A model generated the notes under the pieces. The model was not told where the DNA came from, ran no database searches, and saw only the letters and a list, made by a program, of their open reading frames with translations. Shown in pieces: positions 25,495 to 37,391 of a DNA stretch of 64,000 bases. Location: positions 1 to 64,000 of the forward strand of contig JAUCBJ010000517.1 of NCBI GenBank assembly GCA_032718475.1, in the 5' to 3' direction. Both the position numbers and the translations under genes were made by a program. The stretch comes from Nemertoderma westbladi (taxonomy: Eukaryota > Animalia > Xenacoelomorpha). How positions within the stretch are numbered: the stretch's first letter is position 1; each line of letters opens with the position of its first letter.

Positions 25495-26019
25495 GACAGA
25501 ATAGACCACAACAGCGCATTAGTACGGATGCATTCTGCTGACATGTCAATAATGCAGTAATATTACTGTTTTATGTTCTGTATTACTAACTGCCAAATGT
25601 ACCGGTACAGTGGATAGGCCTCTATGTATACTTTACAGCACATGGTCTGGCCTACCTATCTGAATTTAAATTTCCCGCCATAATTCGGATTTAAATTTAC
25701 ACTTTCAAATTTACACTTTCTCACTTTCAAATTTACACTTTCTCACTTTCAAATTTACACTTTCGCACTTTCAAATTTACACTTTCTCACTTTCAAATTT
25801 ACACTTTCTCACTTTCAAATTTACACTTTCGCACTTTCAAATTTACACTTTCGCACTTTCAAATTTACTCTTTCAGATTTACACTTTCACAATGAAAAGA
25901 TCATTTTCACACTAAAAAGAACACCTTTGTAGCACTGAAAAGGACACTTTCACATTTCAAAAGTTGCTTGGCCGTTCTGGGCCACCGTACTTAGTGTTTC
26001 TAATTTCATAATTTTCCAG

Positions 26020-26202
26020 ACGGACTGCGATGAATACTTTGAAGATGGTGCGGTTGGTTGTTCTGATCTGGAGGGACATGAAAAGGACCCAGTTTGCACC
26101 GTTCGGGGTGTAACGTACAACAATAAGTGCACCATCTGCCATATGACCCCTCCCATAGAAAAAATCGCACATAACGGCCCGTGTTTGGGAGTAAACCATG
26201 AA
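26020..26202 (+). CDS. Kazal-type protease inhibitor domain exon (phase 0-0), not in the ORF track
   Basis: ttttccag|TDCDEYFEDGAVGCSDLEGHEKDPVCTVRGVTYNNKCTICHMTPPIEKIAHNGPCLGVNHE|gtaagt; six Cys in Kazal spacing. Confidence 0.85.
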
Positions 26203-26924
26203 GTAAGTATAGAGTTTGTTTTCACATACTTTATTGAGAGGGGAATTTGCATTTCATAACTATTTATTACAAAAACAAAGAACAAAAACATTTTCCCCTA
26301 TTATTCCGAGATGTATAATTAGATGAGTGTTAGAGATCGACGTTAAATATAATGCATCAGGGGTCACTTTGATCTTTGATGTAATGATTGTTTTGACTCT
26401 TAGCCCTCTTAGCCTTTTTCACGCGGACGTACATTAGTATTTTGTCTATCGGTTAATGTACCGTCATTTTACTATTGTCCGTATTTGATCATTGTTTCAA
26501 CATTCAGACTGTGGTTATTTTGTTCCGTTGTTTCCCGTTGTTACTTCTATTCTTTTTTTCATTTGCTTGTGGCTATTTACTGGTAATTTTTTATCGCCAA
26601 TTAAATTATAATAATATAATAATAATGCACTTTTATTCAAATATTGAAACATTTATTTACTCTCTCATTTTCTACAGCGTCATAAAAAAGTTTAACTTTA
26701 ATGTCACACTCACACTAATACATTAAGTGAAGCAAGGTACCGGTACCTGTAGGTATACCAGCTATTGTCAAATTTTAGTTTCACATTCCTATATTATTTA
26801 CTGTGCTGTTGTACTGGTCTAGCAGTATTGGAAATAAACACTGTATGGTACCGGTAATATCAGTATGTATATGTATGGTACCGGTAATATCAGTATGTAT
26901 GTATGATTTTATTGTTGCTCGCAG

Positions 26925-27066
26925 TAAACCATTTCACCGGTAAAGGATACCGTTGGCATCACAAAATTTTAATTTCGCGATTTATATCATTGTCTCAACG
27001 GGAGGGAGTATAATTTGAAGAGATTGCATACGGAGGACGTCCTCCGTTAGAAGAAGGTCCTCGGTT
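26925..27066 (+). pseudogene. Degenerate Kazal pseudo-exon
   Basis: ctcgcag acceptor and gtatga donor; DTVGITKF*FRDLYH aligns to GTDGRTYYSECALCKH, and EIAYGG follows after a frameshift. Confidence 0.5.
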
Positions 27067-27171
27067 GGTATGAAGGTATTTTTGTTGTGTCTTCGAAAGT
27101 TTATGTTTACACGAACACTCCAACCATATGGACCATATGTACCATACCATACCATATGTACATATCTACAG

Positions 27172-28722
27172 CCCAGGTAGCACAAATACGTAAATTTACG
27201 GTAAATTTACGTTCATTATTCGTCCAGACGTTCTGGATTTATGTTCATATGACGTTGTATTTCTCCCATAAGATGCTATTGATGCTAAACGTTCAATAGT
27301 TCAAAGTTGGCCGTCAGAAGTACCGTAATATGAACGGGCAATTGAACGTAAAAGAGACCACAGGCAATCTATGTTCAAATGACGTGTTCACTAGACGTTC
27401 ATTTCTGGTGTGTTATAGGTCCATATTAGGTTGAATAAACGTAAAAATTTAACGTGAGACCAACCAATCACTGTTTGTTGGTGCATGTTCTGTGTAGAGA
27501 GGGGAGGGGGGGGGGGGGGGGGGGTTAGCCTACCTTATCCAATCCCTACACCCTATCCTACGGCCCTACACCTACAATACCCTATACATTTAGAGAAGGA
27601 AGCATCAGAGTATATATGAAATTATTTAATCGATAGTGATATAAGAGTATCCATGATATATTATGGTGATGATCCACAAATTCACATTGGATTAGTTAGA
27701 TTTCTGTATTTTATCTTATTTCCAGCCAAAATAGATTATTCATATTGATGAATCTTAAAAAAATTAATTAATTTTATGACCTTATAATTGATATTTTAAA
27801 TTTTGTATCTATGCAATAAGGCAATAATACATACAAAAAGCAATTGAAACGTAAGAAAGGTTTATATAATATGATAAATTTGTAAAATAATAAATAATGT
27901 TTTGCGATTAAAAAAATTACCCTACGCATGATAGAAGTTTGAACATTCCAACGCCCATATATCCGATTTATCTCAACAAAATGTAATGGTATTTGGTCAG
28001 TTGGTATCAAAATAGACAAACTTTTGCGGTTTTCTTTGTTTGATATTTTCTTGGTTCAAAAGGCCTAATATATTCTAATAATTTTATTACAATTTTTCGT
28101 GACATAGTACTAGTGTATTAGCTTTAGTAATCAGTAGAATCACCTTTGTCTAATTTTGATGTTATTTGTTGTTTAAAATGTTTAAAAATGCGTCAGCATT
28201 GTATTGGTTATCAATGTTTTGTTGTGTGAATAATTTTTCGATTACTTAAAGTAATTGTTTTGTATTGAGAATGAACCATTAGTCCAGATATAACTAAGCG
28301 GAACCACACCAACCATACAAGGAGTAGGCTAACCAACATAAAAAATAATTGCACAATAATAAATAGTCAGATAATTGTATCACGAACAAGTTTGAACATG
28401 CCATTGACATAACAAGTTAAAGTAAATTATGTTTGAACGTTCATAAACGTTCAAACAACGTACATATTTAGGTACAAAGAAATGAACGCATAACTGGACG
28501 CAATTTGAACGTTCAATATTCGTTTGTTTTGGTTCATATTCAATTTCTTTAAAGTTAGGACGTTAAATTACCTAATGTGAACGTCACAATTTGGTAAATT
28601 ACTCACAACGTCAGCAATTTTTACCTATTTTGAACAATATTTCATTGATGTTCAGATTCGCATAAAAAAAGTACCAAATATGAACGTTCAATTTCTTTCG
28701 TGGACGTCCTGTGCTACCTGGG
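27172..28722. mobile_element. Non-autonomous TIR element (CMC/EnSpm-like) in the Kazal intron
   Basis: TIR CCCAGGTAGCACA / TGTGCTACCTGGG, 2-bp AG on both flanks, many subterminal aacgt/gacgtt motifs. Confidence 0.75.
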
Positions 28723-28867
28723 AGTATGTGGTGTGTATGATCAGTATGAGGTCTAAAATACCAAAAATATAACGAATTACGGTAACATTTTTAGAACAAT
28801 AAGTACCTTTATTTCACTTCCACGTATTTGTCGAAATAATGTTAAATTTTTTACAGTAGGTCTAATG

Positions 28868-29480
28868 TGGGGCGAGACACGTAGTCGGCGAGCCTTGGCA
28901 TACGGTTCATATAGGGCAAATGGGGCATGTCCGTCTGTCTGTCTGTCTGTCCGTCCGTCTGTCTGGTAGATGTTTGAACGCGAATTTCTCGGCATCGCTC
29001 ATTCGGAATTGAACCAAACTTAGTAGGTAAGTAGTAGAGAGAAAGTTTGTAAAGTTTGGTGAAAAATCATGCAGTCTGACGTCAGCTACGACAGATTATG
29101 TGGTTTTTAGAAAATGTTAAATTTCTCGAGAAGGCCTCATTTTCCTGAGCTGAAATTTTGGTGGCCTGTAGAGAATCATGAAGTCTATCTTTTACGAAAT
29201 TGAAAAGTTAAGACATTTAATTGGGGATCCGCTAGAGACTCAGAAGTAATGACATAGGCCTACCGGTACGGTACTGCTGTACAGTGCTGCACTGGTAAGT
29301 ACGAAATTGCAGAATAACAATTTGACACCACCTAGCGGATTAACATATGATTGTATGTCGAATGAATACATTTATAGCATGGGATATTGGGTCCAAACTA
29401 GACATGCCCCATTTGCTCTATATGAACCGTATGCCAAGGCTTGCCGACTACGTGCTGCGCGAAGTCCCCACGAACGTGTA
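28868..29480. mobile_element. Helentron/DINE-1-like element
   Basis: ~50-bp inverted repeat (28881-28931 and 29401-29453), (GTCY)n microsatellite; end motif recurs inverted at ~45223-45250. Confidence 0.65.
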
Positions 29481-29603
29481 TTGATCGGTTAAAAAACCTA
29501 TTTTGTGGAATAAATATAATTTCGTAAATCTTCATAGAATATGGCCTTCTTTAAATCACAGAACTCACTAACATTACTGTGTAACAATTTACCAATGTTA
29601 CAG

Positions 29604-29864
29604 CCGAATTGTCGTCCGTTTGCTAACCAACCATGTCCGCCGACATGCAATAACATAAGGCGGCTGAGATACGATGGTCGGAATGGCCCGTGCAGTCGGC
29701 ATAGTCACGACCAACTGTGCGGTACGGATGGTAGAACATATTACTCAGAGTGCGCTCTTTGTAAACACCGAGACGTCGCGGTTGGTCCCTGCAGGAATGT
29801 TAATATCGCTTACGGGATGCCATGTGGAGTATCAGAGGAACTTATTGATTATCTCAATCTATAG
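29604..29864 (+). CDS. Terminal exon with a Kazal domain
   Basis: gttacag|PNCRPF..CSRHSHDQLCGTDGRTYYSECALCKH..IAYGMPC..stop; phase 0 matches exon 26020-26202. Confidence 0.85.
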   Translation, partial: PNCRPFANQPCPPTCNNIRRLRYDGRNGPCSRHSHDQLCGTDGRTYYSECALCKHRDVAVGPCRNVNIAYGMPCGVSEELIDYLNL

Positions 29865-31570
29865 TAATAGATCTACTAAATACTGTTACAAGGTTAAACT
29901 ATGTTTATTTAGATGCGAAATACACAGGTATAGTAGGCTGGTGAATGTACCTAATTTAAATTGTATCATGATGATATGCCACTTCAATATTTAATCTTGC
30001 TTGTTGAGGGGTAACGTACAGTAATAACGGTTCTTACCTGTACTTAATACATCATACCCTGGAAGGGGAGGTGGGGGTGTGGTGGTGTCATTGAATTACG
30101 ATATTATTCCAGAAGATAGTGTACAGTATGTAAGATGGAATCAGTTCTCATTCTGCACTCAAGGTGTACTAAACAACTGTTTGAAATTGATCAGAAGCCC
30201 TTGATTGTATTGCCGGAGCGAACTGACACGGTCAATAGATTTAAAGCTGTCGAGTTGAAAATTTGTAGGCAACAACAATAATCCAGGACATGGTGAAATA
30301 TAGTGTACAGTAATGTTCTCCACACGGACCCCCTGTTTCTTAAGCCTTTGAAAAGTATCGTATCGCGGCCATTCTTCACATTAGTCGTGATTTTTATGTA
30401 TCACTAGAAAGCTTCCGTTATAAGGATTCCAAATGTCAACTAGTCTTGAGTTTCGCTGCGAAACCAACAACAGATATTGGCGTTCAAAGATTCTATTTAT
30501 TAATTAATACACAATATTCTAGAACACTATATTTTTTATATATATATATATATTTTATATTTTCTTACAACAGAGCTCCGGAAATATTGGCCAATTTTCT
30601 GGCTCCGGGCAAATTAACCCGGAGCCAATCCGGGGCTTATGTTGTTGAAATTCGAATTAAAACAATAAGTTTTTTGATGTATGAAATATTAACTAATTAT
30701 TATTTACAGTCCGGACCTAATAGTATGTTATGTTATTGGTGAACCTGTGCAAAACGTAATTCATGTATTATTTTATTATGGTCGATAAATATATAATAAT
30801 ATGAATAATGTACCTAAATATCATAGTAATGAACATAATCAATTGTGGGTGTATACTGATTGGTTACAGACTGTTTTTCTTAGGTTTCCTTTAAGTAACA
30901 GATTAATTTTATACTAGTAATCTGGAGCCGGTTCATAAGGGGGGGGGGGGGGGGGGAAGGGGGGTGGATCAACTGAGAAGTCTAAAACATAAGATTATAT
31001 TTTAGCCAAATGAACACCCGATTGGGTCTTTGACGCAATCAAATTTCATCCCTCTCTAGGGGAAAATCGACGCAAATAACAGCTGATACTCTTTAATGAC
31101 TGTAACCGGTTCTATTGAATTTGGTTTATTGTTTTAGTTAGAATAACATGCCACTGTAAACTGCTCATTTCCCTTAATTGATAATTTAACATTGAGGCGA
31201 GATATTAATTCGACGAGAGAGAATTTGTGTCAAATCCCCCCCCCCCCCCCCCCCTTTCATTCATGTGAACAAACAGTTTAAAATTAAACAGTCAAATTGA
31301 TATGATCATCCGAAAAATCATATAATAATATACAGTAGTGGACAAAATAGATTTATTGAATGGAAAGCATCTGCAAAATGAAATAAATATTATTTCTGAT
31401 TCCAATGTGTACACCATATCATATATAAAAGCTGTACCTAACTATCTTAATTTAAAAACAAATAAATACTTCGGGGGATTTTAAAAGTTACCACCAAATC
31501 ATGCTGATATAGAAATACCAAAACCAAAGAAAGTATTGATAATTTCAGTTCTATGCGCGTCGATAATTAT

Positions 31571-34500
31571 CTAAAAAGGAAGAAACTTTGGCGGGTAGCG
31601 ATTAGGAATGAGACGTTCCTCATAATGATCAGCAATATGATTGTATCCCAACTGGAGGAGCATATCTTTAATCCGATTATCGCCATCTTTACTCGTCTTA
31701 CCATCGCTGTCCTGCTGACGAAGTAGACCCGCAATAGCTTTTGCATAGAAACCTTTCACTCGACAATATCTAATAAAGAAGGTAACAACCTGAGGCTTAT
31801 TATCTGCTTCTACGTCAACCCATTCACTGAGAGATTCGTAAAGCGGATCTATCTCATTGGTAGGAACAGAAACCTCGCCACCATCCAGACCATCTAGGAT
31901 CTTATCAGCAAGAGCGCAACCCTTGCGACACAAGCTGTCAATTAAATGACCCTTCATGGAATCAATATCTTTCTTAACATCACTGTCGACTTGACGCACC
32001 GCAACTTGAGCGCGAAACTCTTTTGTATTAATGCGCTCAATAATCTTATTGCTAATATCCATAATTTTATCGAGGATATATGTGTTCCTATTCTTCACGC
32101 CATCTAAACACACCAACCGTGCACACATTAATGGCAGATGATCCGGATACTGAACCAGAAGTTTCTCATAAGTTTCATCGTTATCTAGAGTCTTATGGTA
32201 AACGTTGATAACCCCGTCCCGAATTGTCTCCTCTACGGATTTATCGCTTTTCGTTTCACTCGCTTTATTACTTTTGTTCGGCGAAGGTCCGATTATATAC
32301 TTGGCATTATACGTGATGGCCTTCTTGACGGGGTCGCTAGCTGCCACCGAGATCGATCCTTGAAGGAACGAACCAACGGAAGAATATGACTTGAGAAACC
32401 TTTCCGCGGGTATGGGGCATGTGAACACCGTGGTTGACTGTCCAGGACGCAATGCGATAGCTGTGGTAGCCCGCAGTAGTTCGGCTCTGATAGCAGCGAG
32501 AGGCGTAGCATAGAAATACAGATTGACAATCTGCGATAAACCGAATTTATTCTCCAAAACAAACATTGTATCTTTGCATTTCTCTAGCAATTCGTAATTT
32601 GGATGACAAATTTGAAATCGAATTGTATAATCTCCTTTTTCTAATCTGAAAGCGTATTTATAAGGAAAGGCATCCCCAGCAGCAATGAACTGTTTGTTAA
32701 TGTCATACATCAACCAAAGCTGACTCTCAAAGTCACTTTCATAGAGAAACTCACAAAATGTCGGAAATTGAGGTATGACCTCCATCTCTCTACTCTGATG
32801 GAAGTTGTAAGTTAAGATAAGTTGGTAACTCAACTTATTATTCACCATGGCATCCCGCTCCATTGATAGGGGAGATATTTTATAGTCAGTTGGCCTATAC
32901 TGAGTTTTGCAACTTCTAAATGAACCCGAGATAACAGCCTCTTCCACACAATGACCCATTGTGTTGGCTACTGTTAGACGACTAACACCATCACTGGATG
33001 ACAGGCACACATCTTGATGATCCAACTTTAAGCCATGGAATTCCACATTATAACTCAAATGAGCCTCAAATAGGCTTTCAATACGCCAGTCCCTGGCAAT
33101 ACACACTTCTAATGTATAATCTTCTTCCACTTTGAAATAAAAATACTTTGTCACATTGCTGTTCAAAATAAATACCTTACACATTTCAGTGGTGCGGAAA
33201 GCTTGCAAGGTTTTTAGGTAAATACAATGAATCCAGAAAACCTCTTTGGCATTGGCGTCTTCTAGATTAATACTAACCTTGCACCAACTAGAACCTTTTG
33301 GAACAGCAATAAAACGTCGAACAATATCTGATTGCCGAAATACAATGTCATTGCCGGACAAGCTGGAATCGGTTGATGGGACAATAATCGTTATAGGAAG
33401 CCGGAAGAGTGGCCCCGCATCTATTCTATTAAGATCGTATCCATATATGCAACTGAAATGAGCACCTTCTTTGAGAACGCTGATATCAAGAGATATGTTA
33501 AAATAATGGCTACTGTTGCACATGGTTAAGAATTTTGGATGCCTCACCCAAGGTTCCTCACATGTCATCAGTATGGGCACGGAAAAGGCGACTTTATCAC
33601 CATTGGAAACAGACTCGTGAAACTCAACTGATATGACGGTTCGATATAGATGTGGCGAATTAATTTGGTGCAGATCCCGTATATATAAACCACGACCCCC
33701 ATTCACTGACACTATAATATTAGCCATATTCACAGGATGTGGTATTTCATGTGCTAACAAATGATTAAAGGCTTTCTCTACTTGTAATAAACCCATTCCT
33801 AGGCTAAGGTGGTCTTTCTGATGACCTGCACTGTTCTCAATGGCTCGACGCACGCTATGTGAAGTGTATCTGTGTCCTGCAGCCTTTATTCCACTCAGTA
33901 CCAAAGCAATACCCCCACAGGCATTTGGAGAAGCCATACTAGTACCGTTCATCAGTTGTGTGTTCTTCAGTGTATAGGTTGGCACGCTGGTTATGGCAGC
34001 ACCCGGGGCACTTATGCAGACACCATTACGACCTTCGGGAGTCGGACCCCTCGAAGTAAACATGTAGGGTGCCGATTTACCCTGTCCATACATTGAATAC
34101 AAGGCCTTCATCATCTCTGGGGTAATGTAAGCACCAACACCAATGATATCGCTGGATGAAATCTGCGGCGCATCAATGGTGCTTAAACCAGGACCATCGT
34201 TCCCAGCAGAAGTAACAAATATAATACCATGTTTATTGACAGCCTCTATAATAGTCTCCACTATTTTTCCAGATCCATTCCAATTCGAAGCCTCTCCAAA
34301 GGAAAAGTTAATTAAATCAACTTTATTCTTAATGCAATGGTTGACTGCCCTTATAATTGATGTTCCTGTCTCCATCTCCCTGCCGAGTCGTGAATCCGCT
34401 ATCTTAATAGATACTATTTGTGCACCGGGCGCAATGCCATTCCGCTCTGGTTCCTGTGGAAAGTTTGCCGCTGCAATAGCAGCCACATGGGTTCCATGCG

Positions 34501-35314
34501 CACCCCCATTTGTCACTATACACAAAACATTGCCGTTTTCATATATATTAACTGAGTAGGTGAGGTTATCAGCCTCTGAAATTTTTCCAAATTGCAGTTT
34601 AACTTTGTAGTCCTCGAGAACCAGGCTAGTGGATAGGTCACCATGGCTGCTGGTGTCTACAATACTCAACCATTGGTTACCATCGTGCCAAACAATACAG
34701 TCCATAACGGGACCTGGGTCCTTGTATTTCTTATCAAAACTGGTTAGCATCTCGCGCCTCTCAATATACTCATCTTTCTGCAACTTATTTTTCAATGCTA
34801 CTGTAGGATTACCGGTAGTCTGTAGACTAGCATTTTCACTCTGAAGTTTTTCGAAAGCCATTATCTGATGGGCTGCCTCAGCTAGTTTCTCTTTGTGGCT
34901 CAAATCCCAGACTTTTTCTCTTCTCTCTTTAACGACCCGCTCCTTCAACAGTTTTGGGTACAACCGATACAAAGAAACTATTCCGACATGCCAGTCCCCG
35001 GAAGGGTTTGTCCAACTCTCTGATATTCGAAGTTTCCTTCCAGACAACCCGGTTATCATCATTGTCTCATCGGCTTTTACTATAGTAGACGTGTCTATGT
35101 CTCCACCTCCACTGGTGTCTATAATATCGATTATTTTTGGTCGTCCGTCGCTGGTCACCTGCATTCCAGGTGAGGCGGGGTCGACTCCAGTGTCCAAAAT
35201 TGCTATGGTAACCCGTCGTCCATCCCAATCCGGATGTTTATCAATAAAGGTTTTTGCTTCGATATCCGACTTGGGAAGTAAGGAATGTATGGGGAAGTTT
35301 TCGTCGGCCATCAT
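31571..35314 (-). CDS. TPP2: Tripeptidyl-peptidase 2 (subtilisin S8 family), full-length and intronless
   Basis: FPIHSLLPK N-terminus, catalytic ILDTGVDP, GAHGTHVA and LMNGTSMASPN, oxyanion SAGNDGP, C-terminus RYPPKFLPF; first ATG at 35314. Confidence 0.97.
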   Translation of the reverse strand: MMADENFPIHSLLPKSDIEAKTFIDKHPDWDGRRVTIAILDTGVDPASPGMQVTSDGRPKIIDIIDTSGGGDIDTSTIVKADETMMITGLSGRKLRISESWTNPSGDWHVGIVSLYRLYPKLLKERVVKERREKVWDLSHKEKLAEAAHQIMAFEKLQSENASLQTTGNPTVALKNKLQKDEYIERREMLTSFDKKYKDPGPVMDCIVWHDGNQWLSIVDTSSHGDLSTSLVLEDYKVKLQFGKISEADNLTYSVNIYENGNVLCIVTNGGAHGTHVAAIAAANFPQEPERNGIAPGAQIVSIKIADSRLGREMETGTSIIRAVNHCIKNKVDLINFSFGEASNWNGSGKIVETIIEAVNKHGIIFVTSAGNDGPGLSTIDAPQISSSDIIGVGAYITPEMMKALYSMYGQGKSAPYMFTSRGPTPEGRNGVCISAPGAAITSVPTYTLKNTQLMNGTSMASPNACGGIALVLSGIKAAGHRYTSHSVRRAIENSAGHQKDHLSLGMGLLQVEKAFNHLLAHEIPHPVNMANIIVSVNGGRGLYIRDLHQINSPHLYRTVISVEFHESVSNGDKVAFSVPILMTCEEPWVRHPKFLTMCNSSHYFNISLDISVLKEGAHFSCIYGYDLNRIDAGPLFRLPITIIVPSTDSSLSGNDIVFRQSDIVRRFIAVPKGSSWCKVSINLEDANAKEVFWIHCIYLKTLQAFRTTEMCKVFILNSNVTKYFYFKVEEDYTLEVCIARDWRIESLFEAHLSYNVEFHGLKLDHQDVCLSSSDGVSRLTVANTMGHCVEEAVISGSFRSCKTQYRPTDYKISPLSMERDAMVNNKLSYQLILTYNFHQSREMEVIPQFPTFCEFLYESDFESQLWLMYDINKQFIAAGDAFPYKYAFRLEKGDYTIRFQICHPNYELLEKCKDTMFVLENKFGLSQIVNLYFYATPLAAIRAELLRATTAIALRPGQSTTVFTCPIPAERFLKSYSSVGSFLQGSISVAASDPVKKAITYNAKYIIGPSPNKSNKASETKSDKSVEETIRDGVINVYHKTLDNDETYEKLLVQYPDHLPLMCARLVCLDGVKNRNTYILDKIMDISNKIIERINTKEFRAQVAVRQVDSDVKKDIDSMKGHLIDSLCRKGCALADKILDGLDGGEVSVPTNEIDPLYESLSEWVDVEADNKPQVVTFFIRYCRVKGFYAKAIAGLLRQQDSDGKTSKDGDNRIKDMLLQLGYNHIADHYEERLIPNRYPPKFLPF

Positions 35315-37391
35315 CAATTAACGGAATTAATATTGCTGTAGTGAATTTTATACTCCCAAAATATCGGCAGATGATGTTAAAAAAACCTACAATAAATCAG
35401 GCTATGTTCAATGTTGTCTGGTTGTCTCGTAGGGTAGGCCTATCGGTAATAATAATTTAATAGGCATGATTACATTAAAAAATTAATTAATAAGCCTAAA
35501 TATACAGGTGTAACTTTTCGCCGTATCCGTATGCATTTTTTGGCGTATGTGCCTATGTAATGCTGTAATGGTTTCCTATGGAGAATTGCCGTATGTCAGG
35601 TATGTGATTTTAAAGATGAGGCATTCCGCATTATTGGCAGCAAAACTGGGATCTATCACACTACACACTTATATGGAAAACATACAGCGTTATTTTACTT
35701 GGTTGACTTGGGTTACCGGTACTTAATGACTTATGGACTTGGTTTATGGGATGTTTTGTAGGTACAGACTGGGATATTCAGATATTCTGATATTGGTTTG
35801 TTATTTCAGTATTTAGGTTACCGTTGTGTTCTGTTGGTCAGGCACGGACCATAATTAAAGCAGTACCGGTAATTTAACCCTAACCCTACAGCCCTAAGTC
35901 ATGAGGCTCTAATCTACTAATCAGTTAAATTACTGCTTTAATTAGGGTTTGTTTGGGCCGCCACTCTTGAAAACTGCGAGGCCCGTGAGAAGAAAACCTC
36001 AAAAAAGTGGCGCATCGCGCATCTACTGATCTAGGGTGATTGGGATATCCCCCTAAAACTGTGCTGCACACATCAGCACATGCAGACAACGAGACAGGTA
36101 GGCCTACTTCAGTACTGAAAACCTATTTGCCTATAGGATTTAAAGAGTGAGGCAGCCAATCCTGCAGTCAGCTCAAATTATTAGCTGATTAGTACCGGTT
36201 TCCCTAAGTGCACTATATTGCTGTATTGTGCATAGTCAAATTGTACACTAAGAAAGCCAGAAAGCAATAAGCCTATTAAAATATTCGACAAGCAGACAGG
36301 CAGACAAGATGAGTAAGTGCACCATTGCTTGTGCATTGTAATTGTACATGCTTAATATACTTGTTAATAATATATTATGTTTAATGTTTAATGTTTAATA
36401 GTTTGGGTATAAGAAAGCTAATGCTTATGGAACCCGTACACACCAAAAGAAAGTCCAACTGAAAGTAATTATAACAGTACCGGTAAGTAATTAAGTATTG
36501 CGACCAATACCGACCATGTTTACGAAACAATGACAAAAACATATATAAAACAATTGGAACATAAAAGGACGCAGTTAAATTAAAATAGTGTTCTTATAAA
36601 AATGGTTACTAATAAAATGTCTTGCTTGCTAAAGGGTTAAAGTGACGTCTGTAAAATCACGAGTATACACAGCAAATTACATAACAGTCGATAAAGTCAG
36701 ATACATACACTAAAAATTACAAATATACATTAGAATTACTAAACAAATTCAATAAAATGACAGTCTATATAGTATCACGAGTATACACAGAAAGTTACAT
36801 ATCAGTCGATAAAATCGGATACAAGTATATCGGTTAGGGCTAATATCGATAGTTTAAGGGTTGGAAATAAAATATAAAATTAATTTAAAATATCAGATAA
36901 TCCATAGCTATAAAAACAGTACGGTATGTAAAATAGATCAAGACATTTGAACACTTAAATTTACATGGATTAGCTAACACTACACGATGAGAAAATAAGT
37001 ACTACACAGTTTAAGCTTTAAGGGTTAAAATAAAATATAAAATAAAATTAAAATATTCGATAAAATCGTTGTATAGAAACAGTTTGGTATGTAGAACTGA
37101 TGGATTTAATTAAAATAAAATATTGCATATGAATTGGATTATTTAAGAAATAACAAATAACAGTTGCACCATTTGGGTCTATTTAAAAATACGAACGATT
37201 GGTAAGAGATTATACTGTAAGTTACATAAAAATAAGTAGATCAAGTGAAAAATAAGTAGATAAGTAAAATAAGATAAAATGGAATGAAAGTTGGTGTTGT
37301 AATTAAAAAAAATTTTAAAATATATGATAGATAAAACAACGTTAATGTGATGAAAAAAAGTTGGTGATTATTAATGCAGGTAATAAGTGGA

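Larger units (their letters stand above)
14363..25989 (-). mobile_element. IS3EU-type DNA transposon, 11.6 kb, with long TIRs and nested inserts
   Basis: Termini TATGGTGGCCCAGAACGGCCAAG and CTTGGCCGTTCTGGGCCACCGTA; 6-bp TSD CTTAGT (14357-14362 and 25990-25995); 14363-15028 is an inverted copy of 25491-25989; integrase-core transposase remnants inside. Confidence 0.88.

Noticed and set aside
32195-35460. Antisense ORFs over TPP2 (and similar ones over the RTE, LRR and JmjC ORFs)
   Set aside because: Shadow ORFs with no recognisable motifs.
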